A DNA stretch of 64,000 nt from positions 2,368,001 to 2,432,000 of the forward strand of contig CBDFJR010000005.1 of NCBI GenBank assembly GCA_965248535.1. The letters run 5' to 3'. The notes beneath the pieces are model-generated. The model made no database searches, was not told the origin of the DNA, and worked only from the letters and a program-made list of their open reading frames with translations. The position numbers and the translations under genes are program-made. Shown in pieces: positions 54,741 through 64,000 of this stretch. Origin of the DNA: Phormidesmis sp. (GTDB lineage Bacteria; Cyanobacteriota; Cyanobacteriia; Leptolyngbyales; Leptolyngbyaceae). The stretch's first letter is position 1, and each line of letters begins with the position of its first letter.

Positions 54741-55715
54741 TCACGACGCAGAGAGTGACAAAGCAGAGTCTATGGGGAATAGTGTGGAAGCATGGGGCGG
54801 TTCGAGCAGCGATCGCAACCCTTGATCGAGCGACCAGCGGGGGCGAAAATTCAACGTCGATCGCGCTAGAACAATGTTGGCTTGGGAGTGTTGAATATCG
54901 CCAGGGCGACGGGCTGCAAATCGAATCGGACTCATTTCACCGGGATGGTTAGCGCGCAGGCATTCCAGCAATTGCAGCAGTGAAATCGCTACACCCGTGC
55001 CAATATTGCAAACTAAAGAGGTGCCAGCAGCGCGATCGATTTCCAACGCTTGCACAAATGCTTGGGCCACATCTTTTACGTAGATAAAATCGCGGGTTTG
55101 TGAGCCATCGCCGTAAATCGTAATCGGTAACCCCTGACTCAGCGCCTGAGAAAATCGCGAAATCACCCCAGAATAAGCCGAATTTGGCGCTTGACGCGGG
55201 CCAAAAACATTAAAGAGCCGCAGACCGACAAAGGCAAATCCGAGCCGATCGGCATACAAGCTGGCGTAGTGCTCACTGGTTAGTTTTTGTAAGCCATAGG
55301 GTGAAATCGGTGTGGTTAAATTGTCTTCTGCGATCAGCCTTGTGGATAAGTTTCCATAAACTGCCGCTGAACTTGTAAACACCAGCTTAGGAATCGACAG
55401 CGCTTGACACAAGCTGATCACCGCGATCGTGGCTGATAGATTATTGTGATGGGTGTGAATCGGATCTGACCAAGATTCACCGACAGATGGCGTTGCAGCT
55501 AGATGGGCTATGCCATCGACTGGACTCAAAAAATCTTCTGGTTGGCAATGCTGAATCTCTTTTTGGAGCACCGACAATGAGGGATGCCGGGGCAAATGCT
55601 TTAGCGTTCCTGTGCGTAAATTGTCCACAACGGTGACACAGTGCCCTTGGGCTAATAGCGCTTCGGTTAAGTGGGAACCAATAAATCCGGCTCCTCCAGT
55701 GACGATGATGTGCAT
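54741..55715 (-). CDS. NAD-dependent nucleotide-sugar epimerase/dehydratase
   Basis: TGGAGFIGSH, SSAAVYG, YGLQK, FNVFGPRQ, TRDFIYV. Confidence 0.92.
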   Translation of the reverse strand: MHIIVTGGAGFIGSHLTEALLAQGHCVTVVDNLRTGTLKHLPRHPSLSVLQKEIQHCQPEDFLSPVDGIAHLAATPSVGESWSDPIHTHHNNLSATIAVISLCQALSIPKLVFTSSAAVYGNLSTRLIAEDNLTTPISPYGLQKLTSEHYASLYADRLGFAFVGLRLFNVFGPRQAPNSAYSGVISRFSQALSQGLPITIYGDGSQTRDFIYVKDVAQAFVQALEIDRAAGTSLVCNIGTGVAISLLQLLECLRANHPGEMSPIRFAARRPGDIQHSQANIVLARSTLNFRPRWSLDQGLRSLLEPPHASTLFPIDSALSLSAS

Positions 55716-55733
55716 TTGGCTCTGTTCCAGTGC

Positions 55734-56792
55734 TTAAACGGTGAGGGATAGCAGCGAGTTTTGGGAAGATAGGATCTGATGACTGAGAGATGCCAAGTCA
55801 TCGGTGATGAGTGTGCAAAGCTGATCTAATTGCTGTAGATCATCAGGACGAGAGAGCAACCGGATCGGGATAGTTTGCGCGATCGCTGCCAATTCCTGTA
55901 GCTCCTGCTGCTGCTGGAGGGGCATGAGAATATCTCGCCCGTAGCTGTGCACTAAAAGATGCTGGAGGGAGGCGATCGCCGAGAGAGGTTGAACGATCGC
56001 GCTGTCACGAGAGGCTTCTCGCGGTTGCAGCACATAAATCGCCGCTAAAGGTAGAGAATGCTCGACAAACCGTTGAGGTAAGCGATCGTGCTCTGGCTGC
56101 AACTCAAAAAAGCATTTATCTAAGCGGCTAAACACCCGCGTGAGCGGTGCAATCGGAACCGTCAGCGCCTGGAGTGAAGGCTGCCACAGTCGCAGTGCTG
56201 GGTAGCCCGGTTGCACCCAAATCTGATCCTTGATGCTGTGCAGAGCGGCAATATCATCGGTCAGGGCCGCATATCCGCGCATCGCTAAAGCGGCGGCGGT
56301 GGTCGATTTGCCTGCACCAGATGCTCCGATTAGCGCGATCGCTTGTCCCTGAATTTTGACGACGCTGGCGTGTAAACAGAGTGTTCCTCGCAGCCGCAGC
56401 ACATGCCCCAGCACGCCACCGAGCAGCATTGAAACGGCATCCTGAAACAGGTGTTCTGCTGACCAAAAGCCCCAAACTCGATCGCCTGTCGGATGAATCA
56501 CAAATTCCAGAACGTCATCGTGCTCGACCGATCGCAGCCGCCAATAGGTGCCCTCTGCGGTCTCGGTTTGCCAGAGACAAAAGCCTGCCTGCTGTTCATC
56601 TGCTGTTGTTACTTGCCAAAACCGATGCTCTAGCAGGGGATGATCTAGCGTGGGTGCGCCAACAAATTCTACTGTCACCGTTGACGTTTTAGACGGCAGT
56701 GAATGGGTGGGTGTTAAACCGGGGAGGAATCGATTGGAGACTAGGCTCAAACCATAGACGGTATAGCAAGAATTGTCCTCTAGATTCTGCAT
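55734..56792 (-). CDS. HPr-kinase-like RiPP kinase (lasso-cluster type)
   Basis: YTVYGL start, LHASVV, Walker A GASGAGKST, LTDD, PGYPALRLW; start MQNLED (56792) preferred. Confidence 0.85.
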   Translation of the reverse strand: MQNLEDNSCYTVYGLSLVSNRFLPGLTPTHSLPSKTSTVTVEFVGAPTLDHPLLEHRFWQVTTADEQQAGFCLWQTETAEGTYWRLRSVEHDDVLEFVIHPTGDRVWGFWSAEHLFQDAVSMLLGGVLGHVLRLRGTLCLHASVVKIQGQAIALIGASGAGKSTTAAALAMRGYAALTDDIAALHSIKDQIWVQPGYPALRLWQPSLQALTVPIAPLTRVFSRLDKCFFELQPEHDRLPQRFVEHSLPLAAIYVLQPREASRDSAIVQPLSAIASLQHLLVHSYGRDILMPLQQQQELQELAAIAQTIPIRLLSRPDDLQQLDQLCTLITDDLASLSHQILSSQNSLLSLTV

Positions 56793-56916
56793 TGGCAATT
56801 CAACAGTAGATAAACATAAAATCGGCAGTTTGCTGCAACATAGGTGAGCGATCGTTTCAGGCGATCGCTCACCTATTCTCAAACTTGGCTCAATCTATAA
56901 TCAAGCTCGACTAAGC

Positions 56917-57093
56917 TCACGTCGTCGAGGGGAAGGTGGTATTTGTGGTACTGTTAGTAGTCCCGACCGTAGGACTCATACCTGTCGTCATGGGACTACC
57001 ACTGCCCCCGCCGCTTTGGGTCAGTCCAGCGATCGTGCCATGGGCCTCGAACACTGGTGATTCGTAGTCTTTTTGATGATCATTCATAGTCAT
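56917..57093 (-). CDS. RiPP precursor peptide with lasso-type leader and Ser/Thr-rich core (not in ORF track)
   Basis: MTMNDHQKDYESPVFEAHGTIAGLTQ|SGGGSGSPMTTGMSPTVGTTNSTTNTTFPSTT*; YxxPx(F)xxxG-x5-T(-2) leader motif; AAGGAG RBS at 57097-57102; alternative start ATG 57087. Confidence 0.85.
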   Translation of the reverse strand: MTMNDHQKDYESPVFEAHGTIAGLTQSGGGSGSPMTTGMSPTVGTTNSTTNTTFPSTT

Positions 57094-57205
57094 GAACTCC
57101 TTTGTTGGGTAAATAGTGTGAGCAGATGCACCCTGAAACTTTTAGCTGAGAACAAATGAAGCGGTTCTTTCCCATAACATTAGGATGTGGGTCAAGTGAC
57201 TGATC

Positions 57206-58435
57206 TCAGGCGGTTAAACTCAATGATTTATCGGCATGGCCGCGCTGTTTGATTTGACAAAGCCGATCGCAGGCGTTGAGAAAAAGCTGCTTAAATCGCG
57301 ATTCATCAAACTGATCGACCATCAGTTGGCGGGCTTGTGCGAGATGGTCGCGTCGCGCTTCGGGTGGTTGGTTTACCACTTGCACGATCGCTGCTGCCAA
57401 TGCTTCTGGATTCTCCGGCGGCGCTAAGGTGCAGACCTCCGGCACAAACGTACCATGATAGGCTTTTAAATCGACACTAATCACCTCACACTCACAGGCG
57501 ATCGCTTCAATCAACGTCGAGGGAAAGGCATCGGTGTAGGGATAGCTGATCACCACATCCGACAGGTTATAAATAGTTGGCATCCAGAGATGGGGAAAGT
57601 AAGGTAAAAATCGGAGGCGATCGGTGAGTTGGTATTCCTCGGCTCGCGCTTCAATTCGATTTCTCATCTCTTGTTGTTCTTTCTGAGGGGCGCGCCCCAT
57701 CACCAAAAAAACCATTGCTGTAGGTTTTGTTAGCTGGGGATAGGCTAACTGATAGGCATGAAAGATATCATCATGTTTGTAGAGCGCTGCCCAACCACGT
57801 GGCGACATAATCACCGTAGTCTCTTCGGGGAGCCGCAACACATCGCGTTTCCACTGTGCCACATTGCGGGTAGTGCCCCGGCAAAATAGCTGGGTTTTGG
57901 TGCCGATCGGAATCAGTTCAACCCGACCATCAGCAGGCATCAAGGCTTGCGCTGGCTCCAGTAGCTGCGGGGTTTCCACAATCAAGGTATCTGTATTTGC
58001 AAGCACAAATTCTGCTAACTCGCTCTGTTCCCTATTGATCTGATTTAGGAGCATATAATTCAGAAACCCCCAAGCGGATACAACGAGCGGTCGCACCCCC
58101 GCTAAGACACAACTGCGAGCGTGCCAATTGATCGCATTGACATGCACCACATCGGGCTGGAACTCGTCGAACAATGCTCGAATGCGCGGTGCCATGTCGA
58201 TCGCCATCTGATGGTCATCAAAGGTGCCACCGGGATTATCATCGTTTTCTAAGTGCCACTGACTCGGAACATAGCGGTAATTTGCGGGGGGATTGCCTTC
58301 ATAAAAATCTGCATCGCCCAGCAGACAGACGTGATGCCCAGCCTCAATGAGCCAACGCAGGGGACGCTCTGCCGCAGTGCCCCCACAGGAAACAACTAGA
58401 ATTCGCATGGGATTAGTCCTGACTATAAATCTCAC
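57206..58435 (-). CDS. GT-B (GT4-like) glycosyltransferase
   Basis: MRILVV, FQPDVVHVN, SAWG, SPRG, DAFPSTLIEAIAC, ENPEALAAAI. Confidence 0.88.
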   Translation of the reverse strand: MRFIVRTNPMRILVVSCGGTAAERPLRWLIEAGHHVCLLGDADFYEGNPPANYRYVPSQWHLENDDNPGGTFDDHQMAIDMAPRIRALFDEFQPDVVHVNAINWHARSCVLAGVRPLVVSAWGFLNYMLLNQINREQSELAEFVLANTDTLIVETPQLLEPAQALMPADGRVELIPIGTKTQLFCRGTTRNVAQWKRDVLRLPEETTVIMSPRGWAALYKHDDIFHAYQLAYPQLTKPTAMVFLVMGRAPQKEQQEMRNRIEARAEEYQLTDRLRFLPYFPHLWMPTIYNLSDVVISYPYTDAFPSTLIEAIACECEVISVDLKAYHGTFVPEVCTLAPPENPEALAAAIVQVVNQPPEARRDHLAQARQLMVDQFDESRFKQLFLNACDRLCQIKQRGHADKSLSLTA

Positions 58436-58460
58436 TAGCGCGGATAGAGTTCACGCCTGC

Positions 58461-58784
58461 TTAAATACTGTTGTCTTCAGTGCTGTGGAGTTCGACAACG
58501 CCCGCTTCTAGCCATTGGGTGACTAAGCTCATCAAGTCTGCCTGTAGGCGCTCTGGCTCTACTGCATACTCTTCTAACAATGTTTTGTAGGCAGATTCGA
58601 TCGAGGCTGCTTGAGTGAGCGCAGAGAGCATCTGGGTCGCGATCGTGTTTTGGCTAAAGTAAACTTCAGTGGTCATATTCAACAATGCCGATTCGCCCGA
58701 CATATCTTGTATCAAAACCTGGGGAGACAAGACTATTTTTTGAGCGGATGAGATTTGCGGTGCCAGGGAATCAGTACTCAACAT
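58461..58784 (-). CDS. PqqD-family RiPP recognition element (lasso B1)
   Basis: GESALLNMTTEVYFSQN...LLEEYAVEPERLQADLMSLVTQWLEAGVV. Confidence 0.88.
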   Translation of the reverse strand: MLSTDSLAPQISSAQKIVLSPQVLIQDMSGESALLNMTTEVYFSQNTIATQMLSALTQAASIESAYKTLLEEYAVEPERLQADLMSLVTQWLEAGVVELHSTEDNSI

Positions 58785-59136
58785 AATGTAGTCAACGAAG
58801 TCGATAGTGATCTATATCTAAGCTCTTCAGGGAGTTTAACAGTCATCCGACAGTGAGGTTCTAAGGTTTACGGAAATTAGTTATTTCTCTATGAAGTTTA
58901 AAGTCTTATCTTCTGTTTGAGCGATTTCTGGTCTTGTGAGGTATACATGAACACTGCGGTTCTGTTGCACAAACATGGCTACTTAGGTTACGCCGCAGGG
59001 ATAATCGGGGTTTCCTAAGAGCTTATATGAACGTATCTAAAACATTTGGCCCTTGCTTTTTAAAGATAGACAATGTGATTGTGACAGATGATCGAGTTGT
59101 CTCAGGCAATGGAGGTGAAAATTTGTGAGTGTTCAG

Positions 59137-59619
59137 TTACGAGAGTGATTTAGAAAAGGCGCTAAACTGTTGATGGACATCAGGGCGATCGTTCAACACT
59201 AGCTCCTCATACTCGATCCAGGCGTGGGCACAAAATGTTCCGTGTTCTCGCTGCACCCCAATTCGCACAGTTGTTTTGACCCCCTGACAGCGGAGCAAAA
59301 ACCAGAGCACCAGCGATCGTTTTAAGCAGTTACCCCAAATGCTCGATCGGGCGGCTAGATTCACGATTTGAGCGATGTGCTGCAACTGAGATAACTCGGT
59401 TGGCGGTCTAATAGGGCATCGTGCCGTCAGCCAATCGAGCCAGCATTGCGTCTGCTGCAACCCTCTGAGAGATAAACAGCACGACACGATCGGCAACAAC
59501 AAAAAGGCTTGCAAAAAGAGCGTGCGATCGCATGGAGGAAGCGCCATCCAGAGGTGTCCTTTACGAAAAAGTCGCTGCATGGGAATCATGACAAAGAGGT
59601 TGCTGAAACGATCAAACAT
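59137..59619 (-). CDS. lasso B2-type leader peptidase (transglutaminase-like)
   Basis: NCLKRSLVL catalytic Cys, RIGV, AHAWIE. Confidence 0.9.
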   Translation of the reverse strand: MFDRFSNLFVMIPMQRLFRKGHLWMALPPCDRTLFLQAFLLLPIVSCCLSLRGLQQTQCWLDWLTARCPIRPPTELSQLQHIAQIVNLAARSSIWGNCLKRSLVLWFLLRCQGVKTTVRIGVQREHGTFCAHAWIEYEELVLNDRPDVHQQFSAFSKSLS

Positions 59620-59702
59620 TGACTTGTTTATTGTACAATATTTTGCGTAAATATCCGGATCGATTCAGCGATCTGAAGTAATACAGATCACTACCTTAAC
59701 AG

Positions 59703-60938
59703 TTGCTCTTTCAGGGTTTCAATTTGATGGATCTTTCTTCTTTGACTCAAGGCTGTAGTGCTGAAGCTAATTTCTTGCTTGCCTGTGTCCGGCTCTATTG
59801 CAGACCCTCAGGCGCAGCAGAGATGAGATTGAATCTCGATGCTGTGAATTGGTCAAAACTGATCGAAATCGCCCACTTCAACAGCGTCATCCCGATTTTG
59901 CACAACAGTTTGAACGCGATCGCATCTCCCCATGTTCCCCCCGATATACTCACTGATCTTTCTGAAGCAACTCGTGCAAACAGCCACCTCAATCTGCTGC
60001 GTGCTAAAGAACTGCTCTGCCTGGTAGCGTGCCTAAAAAAACAAGGTATTGATGTCATTCCTTTTAAAGGACTGGTCTTAGCAGAAGTTGCTCATGGCAA
60101 TTTAGCGATGCGGCAATTTGGCGATTTGGATTTGTTAGTTCGTGATCAAGATTTTTGGCAAGCAAAGGCTGCTTTAATGGCTCAGGGATATTGCACCGAA
60201 ACAACCGCGATCGAAGAAGCGATCGGCTTTCGGCGCTACTGTCAAATTTCTTTGTCTAACTCAGCCCGATCGAGCAGTTTAGATCTGCACTGGGGCATTC
60301 CACCCCGGCGATTTTGGCATCGCGATCGCACCCCCACTCTTTGGCAAAATTTGCAGACCCGATCGCTAGCAGGACAGACCATTCAAACCTTTTCGATCGA
60401 GGTGATGTTAGTCATCCAAGCTATTAATGCGGTCAAAGAACCCCAGCGGCGGCCGGCTCTAAAACAGGTTTGTGATTTAGCAAAACTGATTCACGCTTAC
60501 CCAACCTTAGATTGGGAGCGAGTCTGGGAGATAGCAGGTGAACTCCGGGTTCAGACACTGTTGCTGATTAGTCTCAGTCTGGTACATCAACTCCTACAAG
60601 TGTCTCTTCCTAAAGAGATTCAAGCTGAAATTGCCAAAAATAAACGCATAGAAGCGATCGCCCGCCGAGTCAATCAACAAGTTGTTGCCAAAATCGATAC
60701 GCCATCTGAGAGTTGTGACCGATGGTGGTCAGAATATTGGTATCAGCTTAAAACCCTCGATCGAGGCTGGCATGGGGGAGTGATGATCTTACAAGAGTTG
60801 GGCATCAGGCTGATCGAGATTGGCAGGCGGATGACTCCTAATGAGCACGATTTACAGATGGTATCTCTGCCCGCTTCTCTGCATTTTGTCTACTACTTTT
60901 TGCGCGTTTTGAGAGTGGCGAGTAAATATCTCTCTTAG
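59703..60938 (+). CDS. nucleotidyltransferase (NTP_transf_5 type, lasso-cluster associated)
   Basis: IPFKGLVLA...RQFGDLDLLV, LDLHW, LDWERV. Confidence 0.88.
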   Translation: MLFQGFNLMDLSSLTQGCSAEANFLLACVRLYCRPSGAAEMRLNLDAVNWSKLIEIAHFNSVIPILHNSLNAIASPHVPPDILTDLSEATRANSHLNLLRAKELLCLVACLKKQGIDVIPFKGLVLAEVAHGNLAMRQFGDLDLLVRDQDFWQAKAALMAQGYCTETTAIEEAIGFRRYCQISLSNSARSSSLDLHWGIPPRRFWHRDRTPTLWQNLQTRSLAGQTIQTFSIEVMLVIQAINAVKEPQRRPALKQVCDLAKLIHAYPTLDWERVWEIAGELRVQTLLLISLSLVHQLLQVSLPKEIQAEIAKNKRIEAIARRVNQQVVAKIDTPSESCDRWWSEYWYQLKTLDRGWHGGVMILQELGIRLIEIGRRMTPNEHDLQMVSLPASLHFVYYFLRVLRVASKYLS

Positions 60939-61115
60939 CTTCCTACGGGCTTTTTTGGCACAATCAGGGGCTGTGTCGCCCATTATGAATACAGGAAAAA
61001 AGTTCAGCATTTGGACATCCTGCTCTTGACGACTATTGAGATTGAGTAGACTTTACGATCGTGCCATTCCCAATGTACTAATCTGGAGATCACAACGTCC
61101 TTATCTGTTCGGCTC

Positions 61116-62435
61116 ATGACTGTCTCAAAACCCGCTTCAAATTCCGTTGGTGACCTCTCGCTGGCTGCGTTGGCGCAAAAAACTCAGACGGCTGCTCGTC
61201 ATTTAGCCACGCAACCCACCGAGGTGAAAAATCGGGCGATCGCTGCCATCGCTGATGCTCTAGAAGCCAACAGTGCCGAAATTCTCGCTGCCAATGCCGC
61301 AGACTGTGAAGCAGCCAAACTAGCGGGAATCGCCCCCGCTCTCTATGCGCGACTGAAGCTTGACGAAGCGAAATTGAAGGGAGCGATCGCTGGGGTGCGT
61401 GATGTGGGCAAGTTGGCAGACCCGATCGGGGTCATTCAACTCGATCGCGAATTGGATGAAGGGCTGATTCTCAAGCGAGTCACTTGCCCGTTAGGGGTGC
61501 TAGGCGTGATTTTTGAGGCGCGACCCGATGCCGTGATGCAGATTTCGAGTTTGGCGATTAAGTCAGGAAACGGCGTGATTCTCAAAGGTGGCAAAGAGGC
61601 GATTCAGTCTTGCGAAGCTTTGGTGACAGCGATTCATCAAGGGTTAGCGCAAACAGAAATTGATCCATCAGTGGTGCAACTTTTAACTACGCGAGAAGAA
61701 ACGCTAGAGTTATTAAAACTCGATCACTTTGTGGATTTAATTATTCCGAGAGGATCAAATTCATTTGTGCAATTTGTGCAAAATAATACGAAAATTCCGG
61801 TGTTAGGACACGCTGAAGGAATTTGTCATCTATATGTCGATCGCACTGCTGACATTCAGAAAGCAATCAAAATCACAATAGATTCTAAAACTCAATATCC
61901 GGCTGCTTGCAACGCGATCGAGACTCTGATTGTGCATCAAGCGATCGCGTCAGAGTTTTTGCTAGAAGCGGTCTCTGCACTGCAAGCTAAGAATGTGGAA
62001 TTACGGGGAGATGAACGCGCTCGTGAAATTCTCAATATCGCTGCTGTGACAGACTTGGATTGGGTGACTGAATACAGCGACTTGATTTTAGCGATTAAAA
62101 TTGTGGATTCTTTAGAAGGCGCGATCGCCCATATCAATACCTATGGGTCACGACATACAGAAGCGATCGTGACTGAAGATTCAACATCGGCTCAAACCTT
62201 TCTAGCTCAAGTCGATGCGGCGGGGGTCTACCACAACTGTTCGACTCGTTTTGCAGATGGGTTTCGCTATGGCTTTGGCGCAGAAGTGGGCATCAGCACC
62301 CAAAAAATGCCCCCTCGCGGCCCCGTCGGCTTAGAAGGACTCGTCACCTACAAATATCAGCTAGTGGGCAACGGGCATATTGCTGCAACCTATACGGGAA
62401 GTCATGCTAAACCCTTCACTCATCGGGATTTATAG
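61116..62435 (+). CDS. proA: glutamate-5-semialdehyde dehydrogenase
   Basis: [50 protein letters not shown]. Confidence 0.96.
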   Translation: MTVSKPASNSVGDLSLAALAQKTQTAARHLATQPTEVKNRAIAAIADALEANSAEILAANAADCEAAKLAGIAPALYARLKLDEAKLKGAIAGVRDVGKLADPIGVIQLDRELDEGLILKRVTCPLGVLGVIFEARPDAVMQISSLAIKSGNGVILKGGKEAIQSCEALVTAIHQGLAQTEIDPSVVQLLTTREETLELLKLDHFVDLIIPRGSNSFVQFVQNNTKIPVLGHAEGICHLYVDRTADIQKAIKITIDSKTQYPAACNAIETLIVHQAIASEFLLEAVSALQAKNVELRGDERAREILNIAAVTDLDWVTEYSDLILAIKIVDSLEGAIAHINTYGSRHTEAIVTEDSTSAQTFLAQVDAAGVYHNCSTRFADGFRYGFGAEVGISTQKMPPRGPVGLEGLVTYKYQLVGNGHIAATYTGSHAKPFTHRDL

Positions 62436-62443
62436 GTCGCTAA

Positions 62444-63241
62444 ATGTTTGATAACATCTGCAAATTTCTTGCCGAAACCTTCTCGGCTGATTTCGCCACT
62501 TGGCTGCTGGGCGAACCTATTGAGCTAACTGAACTCAGCCCGTCAGAACTCTCACTCGAACCGATCCGCGCCGACGCGCTAATTTTGCTGCAATCTGACG
62601 AAGTGGTTTTGCATTTAGAGTTTCAGTCGCAGCCTAAAGCTGATATCCCGTTTCGGATGGTAGATTATCGGCTGAGAGTCCATCGTCGCTTTCCCAAAAA
62701 GCAGATGCGCCAAGCCGTGATTTATCTACAGTTCACTAAGTCTGATCTCGTGCAGCAAAGCGCGTTTACCTTGGAAAAAACTCGCCATGAGTTTGAGGTG
62801 ATCCGACTCTGGGAGCAGCCAACGAGTGCCTTTCTGCAATCTCCAGGCTTGCTTCCTTTTGCAGTTTTAAGTCAGGCAAGCAATCGGACTCAAACGCTCC
62901 GGCATGTAGCTCAAATCATTGATCAAATGCCTGACCCACGGGCACAAAGTAATGTTTTGGCATCGACCTTTGTTCTGGCTGGTTTAGTATTGGAATCAGA
63001 GGTCGTTCAGCAAGTGTTGCGGAGAGACATTATGCAAGAGTCAGTCACTTATCAGCTTATTAAGTCAGAGGGTCGGGAAGAGGGTCGGGAAGAGGGTCGG
63101 GAAGAGGCGAGACAAGAGACTTTGCGACAGATTGTTGCGAATCTGTCGAGAGAAGGAATGTCTTCTGATGCGATCGCTCGAATTACGGGCTTGACGATCG
63201 AGCAACTTCAGCAGATTCAAACGGCGATCGACCCATCATAA
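62444..63241 (+). CDS. Rpn-family recombination-promoting nuclease/putative transposase
   Basis: MFDNICKFLAE, IRADALILL, HLEFQ, C-terminal EEGR repeats and IARITGL. Confidence 0.85.
   Translation: MFDNICKFLAETFSADFATWLLGEPIELTELSPSELSLEPIRADALILLQSDEVVLHLEFQSQPKADIPFRMVDYRLRVHRRFPKKQMRQAVIYLQFTKSDLVQQSAFTLEKTRHEFEVIRLWEQPTSAFLQSPGLLPFAVLSQASNRTQTLRHVAQIIDQMPDPRAQSNVLASTFVLAGLVLESEVVQQVLRRDIMQESVTYQLIKSEGREEGREEGREEARQETLRQIVANLSREGMSSDAIARITGLTIEQLQQIQTAIDPS
63068..63107 (+). repeat. 12-nt tandem repeat GAGGGTCGGGAA x3 (EGRE)
   Basis: Read directly; typical of Rpn C-termini. Confidence 0.85.
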
Positions 63242-63487
63242 GTCTCACTCTATTTTCTGTAGGGGCTGTTCGAAGCCCGATCGCTTTGACGACAAATAAA
63301 TCATCCCTCTCTGGATGTAAGAATTTGTAATAAAAACGCTCATCAAATCAGATTAACGTAACAAAGGATGCGGATATTACCGATTTTGAGCTTTGGATTG
63401 AAGAGTCTTGCGCTTCAAATCCAGAGATTCGATTGACCTTTGAGGCTTGACGCGCCAGCAAACTACTTTAGTGTTGGGAAGTTTAGA

Positions 63488-64000
63488 ATGAGCAGTAATT
63501 TAGCAACGAAACTCCGCGAGGGCACCAAGAAAGCGCACACAATGGCGGAGAACACAGGGTTTATCTCCTGTTTCTTGAAGGGCACGGTGGAAAAAAACTC
63601 TTATCGCAAGCTGGTCGCAAATCTTTACTTCGTCTATTCGGCGATGGAAGAAGAGATGCACAATCACCGTGAGCATCCTGTTCTGGGCAAACTCTACTTC
63701 CCAGAGCTAGATCGCAAAGCCAGCCTAGAGCAAGACCTTGCCTACTATTTTGGCGCAAACTGGAAGACAGAAGCTGCCCCCTCTGAAGCGACCAAACTCT
63801 ATGTTCAGCGCATTCACGACATTGGTCAGACTCAGCCAGAGTTGCTGATCGCTCACCTCTACACTCGCTATATGGGCGATCTGTCGGGCGGACAAATTCT
63901 GAGAAAGATTGCACAAAACGCAATGAACTTGTCTGATGAAGATGGGCTAGCGTTCTATGCGTTTCAGCAGATTCCTGACGAGAAAGCTTTTAAGCAAACC
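63488..64000 (+). CDS. ho1: heme oxygenase (partial, runs off window)
   Basis: Not in the ORF track. Manual translation MSSNLATKLREGTKKAHTMAENTGFISCFLKG...AHLYTRYMGDLSGGQIL. Confidence 0.93.
   Translation, partial: MSSNLATKLREGTKKAHTMAENTGFISCFLKGTVEKNSYRKLVANLYFVYSAMEEEMHNHREHPVLGKLYFPELDRKASLEQDLAYYFGANWKTEAAPSEATKLYVQRIHDIGQTQPELLIAHLYTRYMGDLSGGQILRKIAQNAMNLSDEDGLAFYAFQQIPDEKAFKQT

Noticed and set aside
58881..58976. 31-aa minus-strand ORF MFVQQNRSVHVYLTRPEIAQTEDKTLNFIEK between B2 and B1 as a second precursor
   Set aside because: Y-P spacing does not fit YxxP, no conserved Gly or Thr(-2), no clear RBS.
58785..59136. Possible remnant of a lasso cyclase in the B2-B1 gap
   Set aside because: No asparagine-synthetase motif recognisable by eye; looks like AT-rich promoter DNA. 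A tBLASTn would settle it.
62444..63241. Rpn gene as an active IS element
   Set aside because: No terminal inverted repeats or target duplication seen; this family is common and typically lacks them.
63447..63474. TTGACG-N16-TAGTGT as the heme oxygenase promoter
   Set aside because: Suboptimal spacer and -10, very short leader; unsupported without TSS data.

Overview
Cyanobacterial chromosomal window; the HIP1 octamer GCGATCGC is pervasive and the gene content suggests a filamentous Leptolyngbya-like organism (inference). Left to right: (1) 1-21.3 kb, a two-partner-secretion/CHAT-protease signalling locus: FhaC-type TpsB, two paralogous filamentous-haemagglutinin TpsA genes, TPR-CHAT, repeat-expanded DUF928, CHASE2 hybrid kinase, REC-kinase, CHAT, sigma70-like factor, DUF1822 and a CHAT gene running off the window; (2) 21.3-25.1 kb, small stress/membrane genes with a partial duplication and a DUF4278/PirA-like gene under a perfect NtcA box; (3) 25-31 kb, housekeeping genes (PmbA, Tab2, S1 homologue, dienelactone hydrolase, plmA, HdeD); (4) a pstS-porin-pstCAB operon with a Pho box; (5) def, TauE, a MITE-like element, CHASE3 multi-receiver kinase, RlmI-like methyltransferase, VapBC-like pair, U32 protein, CheR and kinases; (6) 52.8-60.9 kb, a lasso-type RiPP cluster (RRE/B1, B2 peptidase, HprK-like kinase, nucleotidyltransferase, glycosyltransferase, epimerase, ABC exporter) with no lasso cyclase and an unannotated 58-aa precursor whose Ser/Thr-rich core has no Asp/Glu, the best candidate here for an undescribed system; (7) proA, an Rpn-family gene and heme oxygenase. 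Three genes carry single-base frameshifts that may be sequencing errors. Family calls come from motif recognition only; no searches were run.
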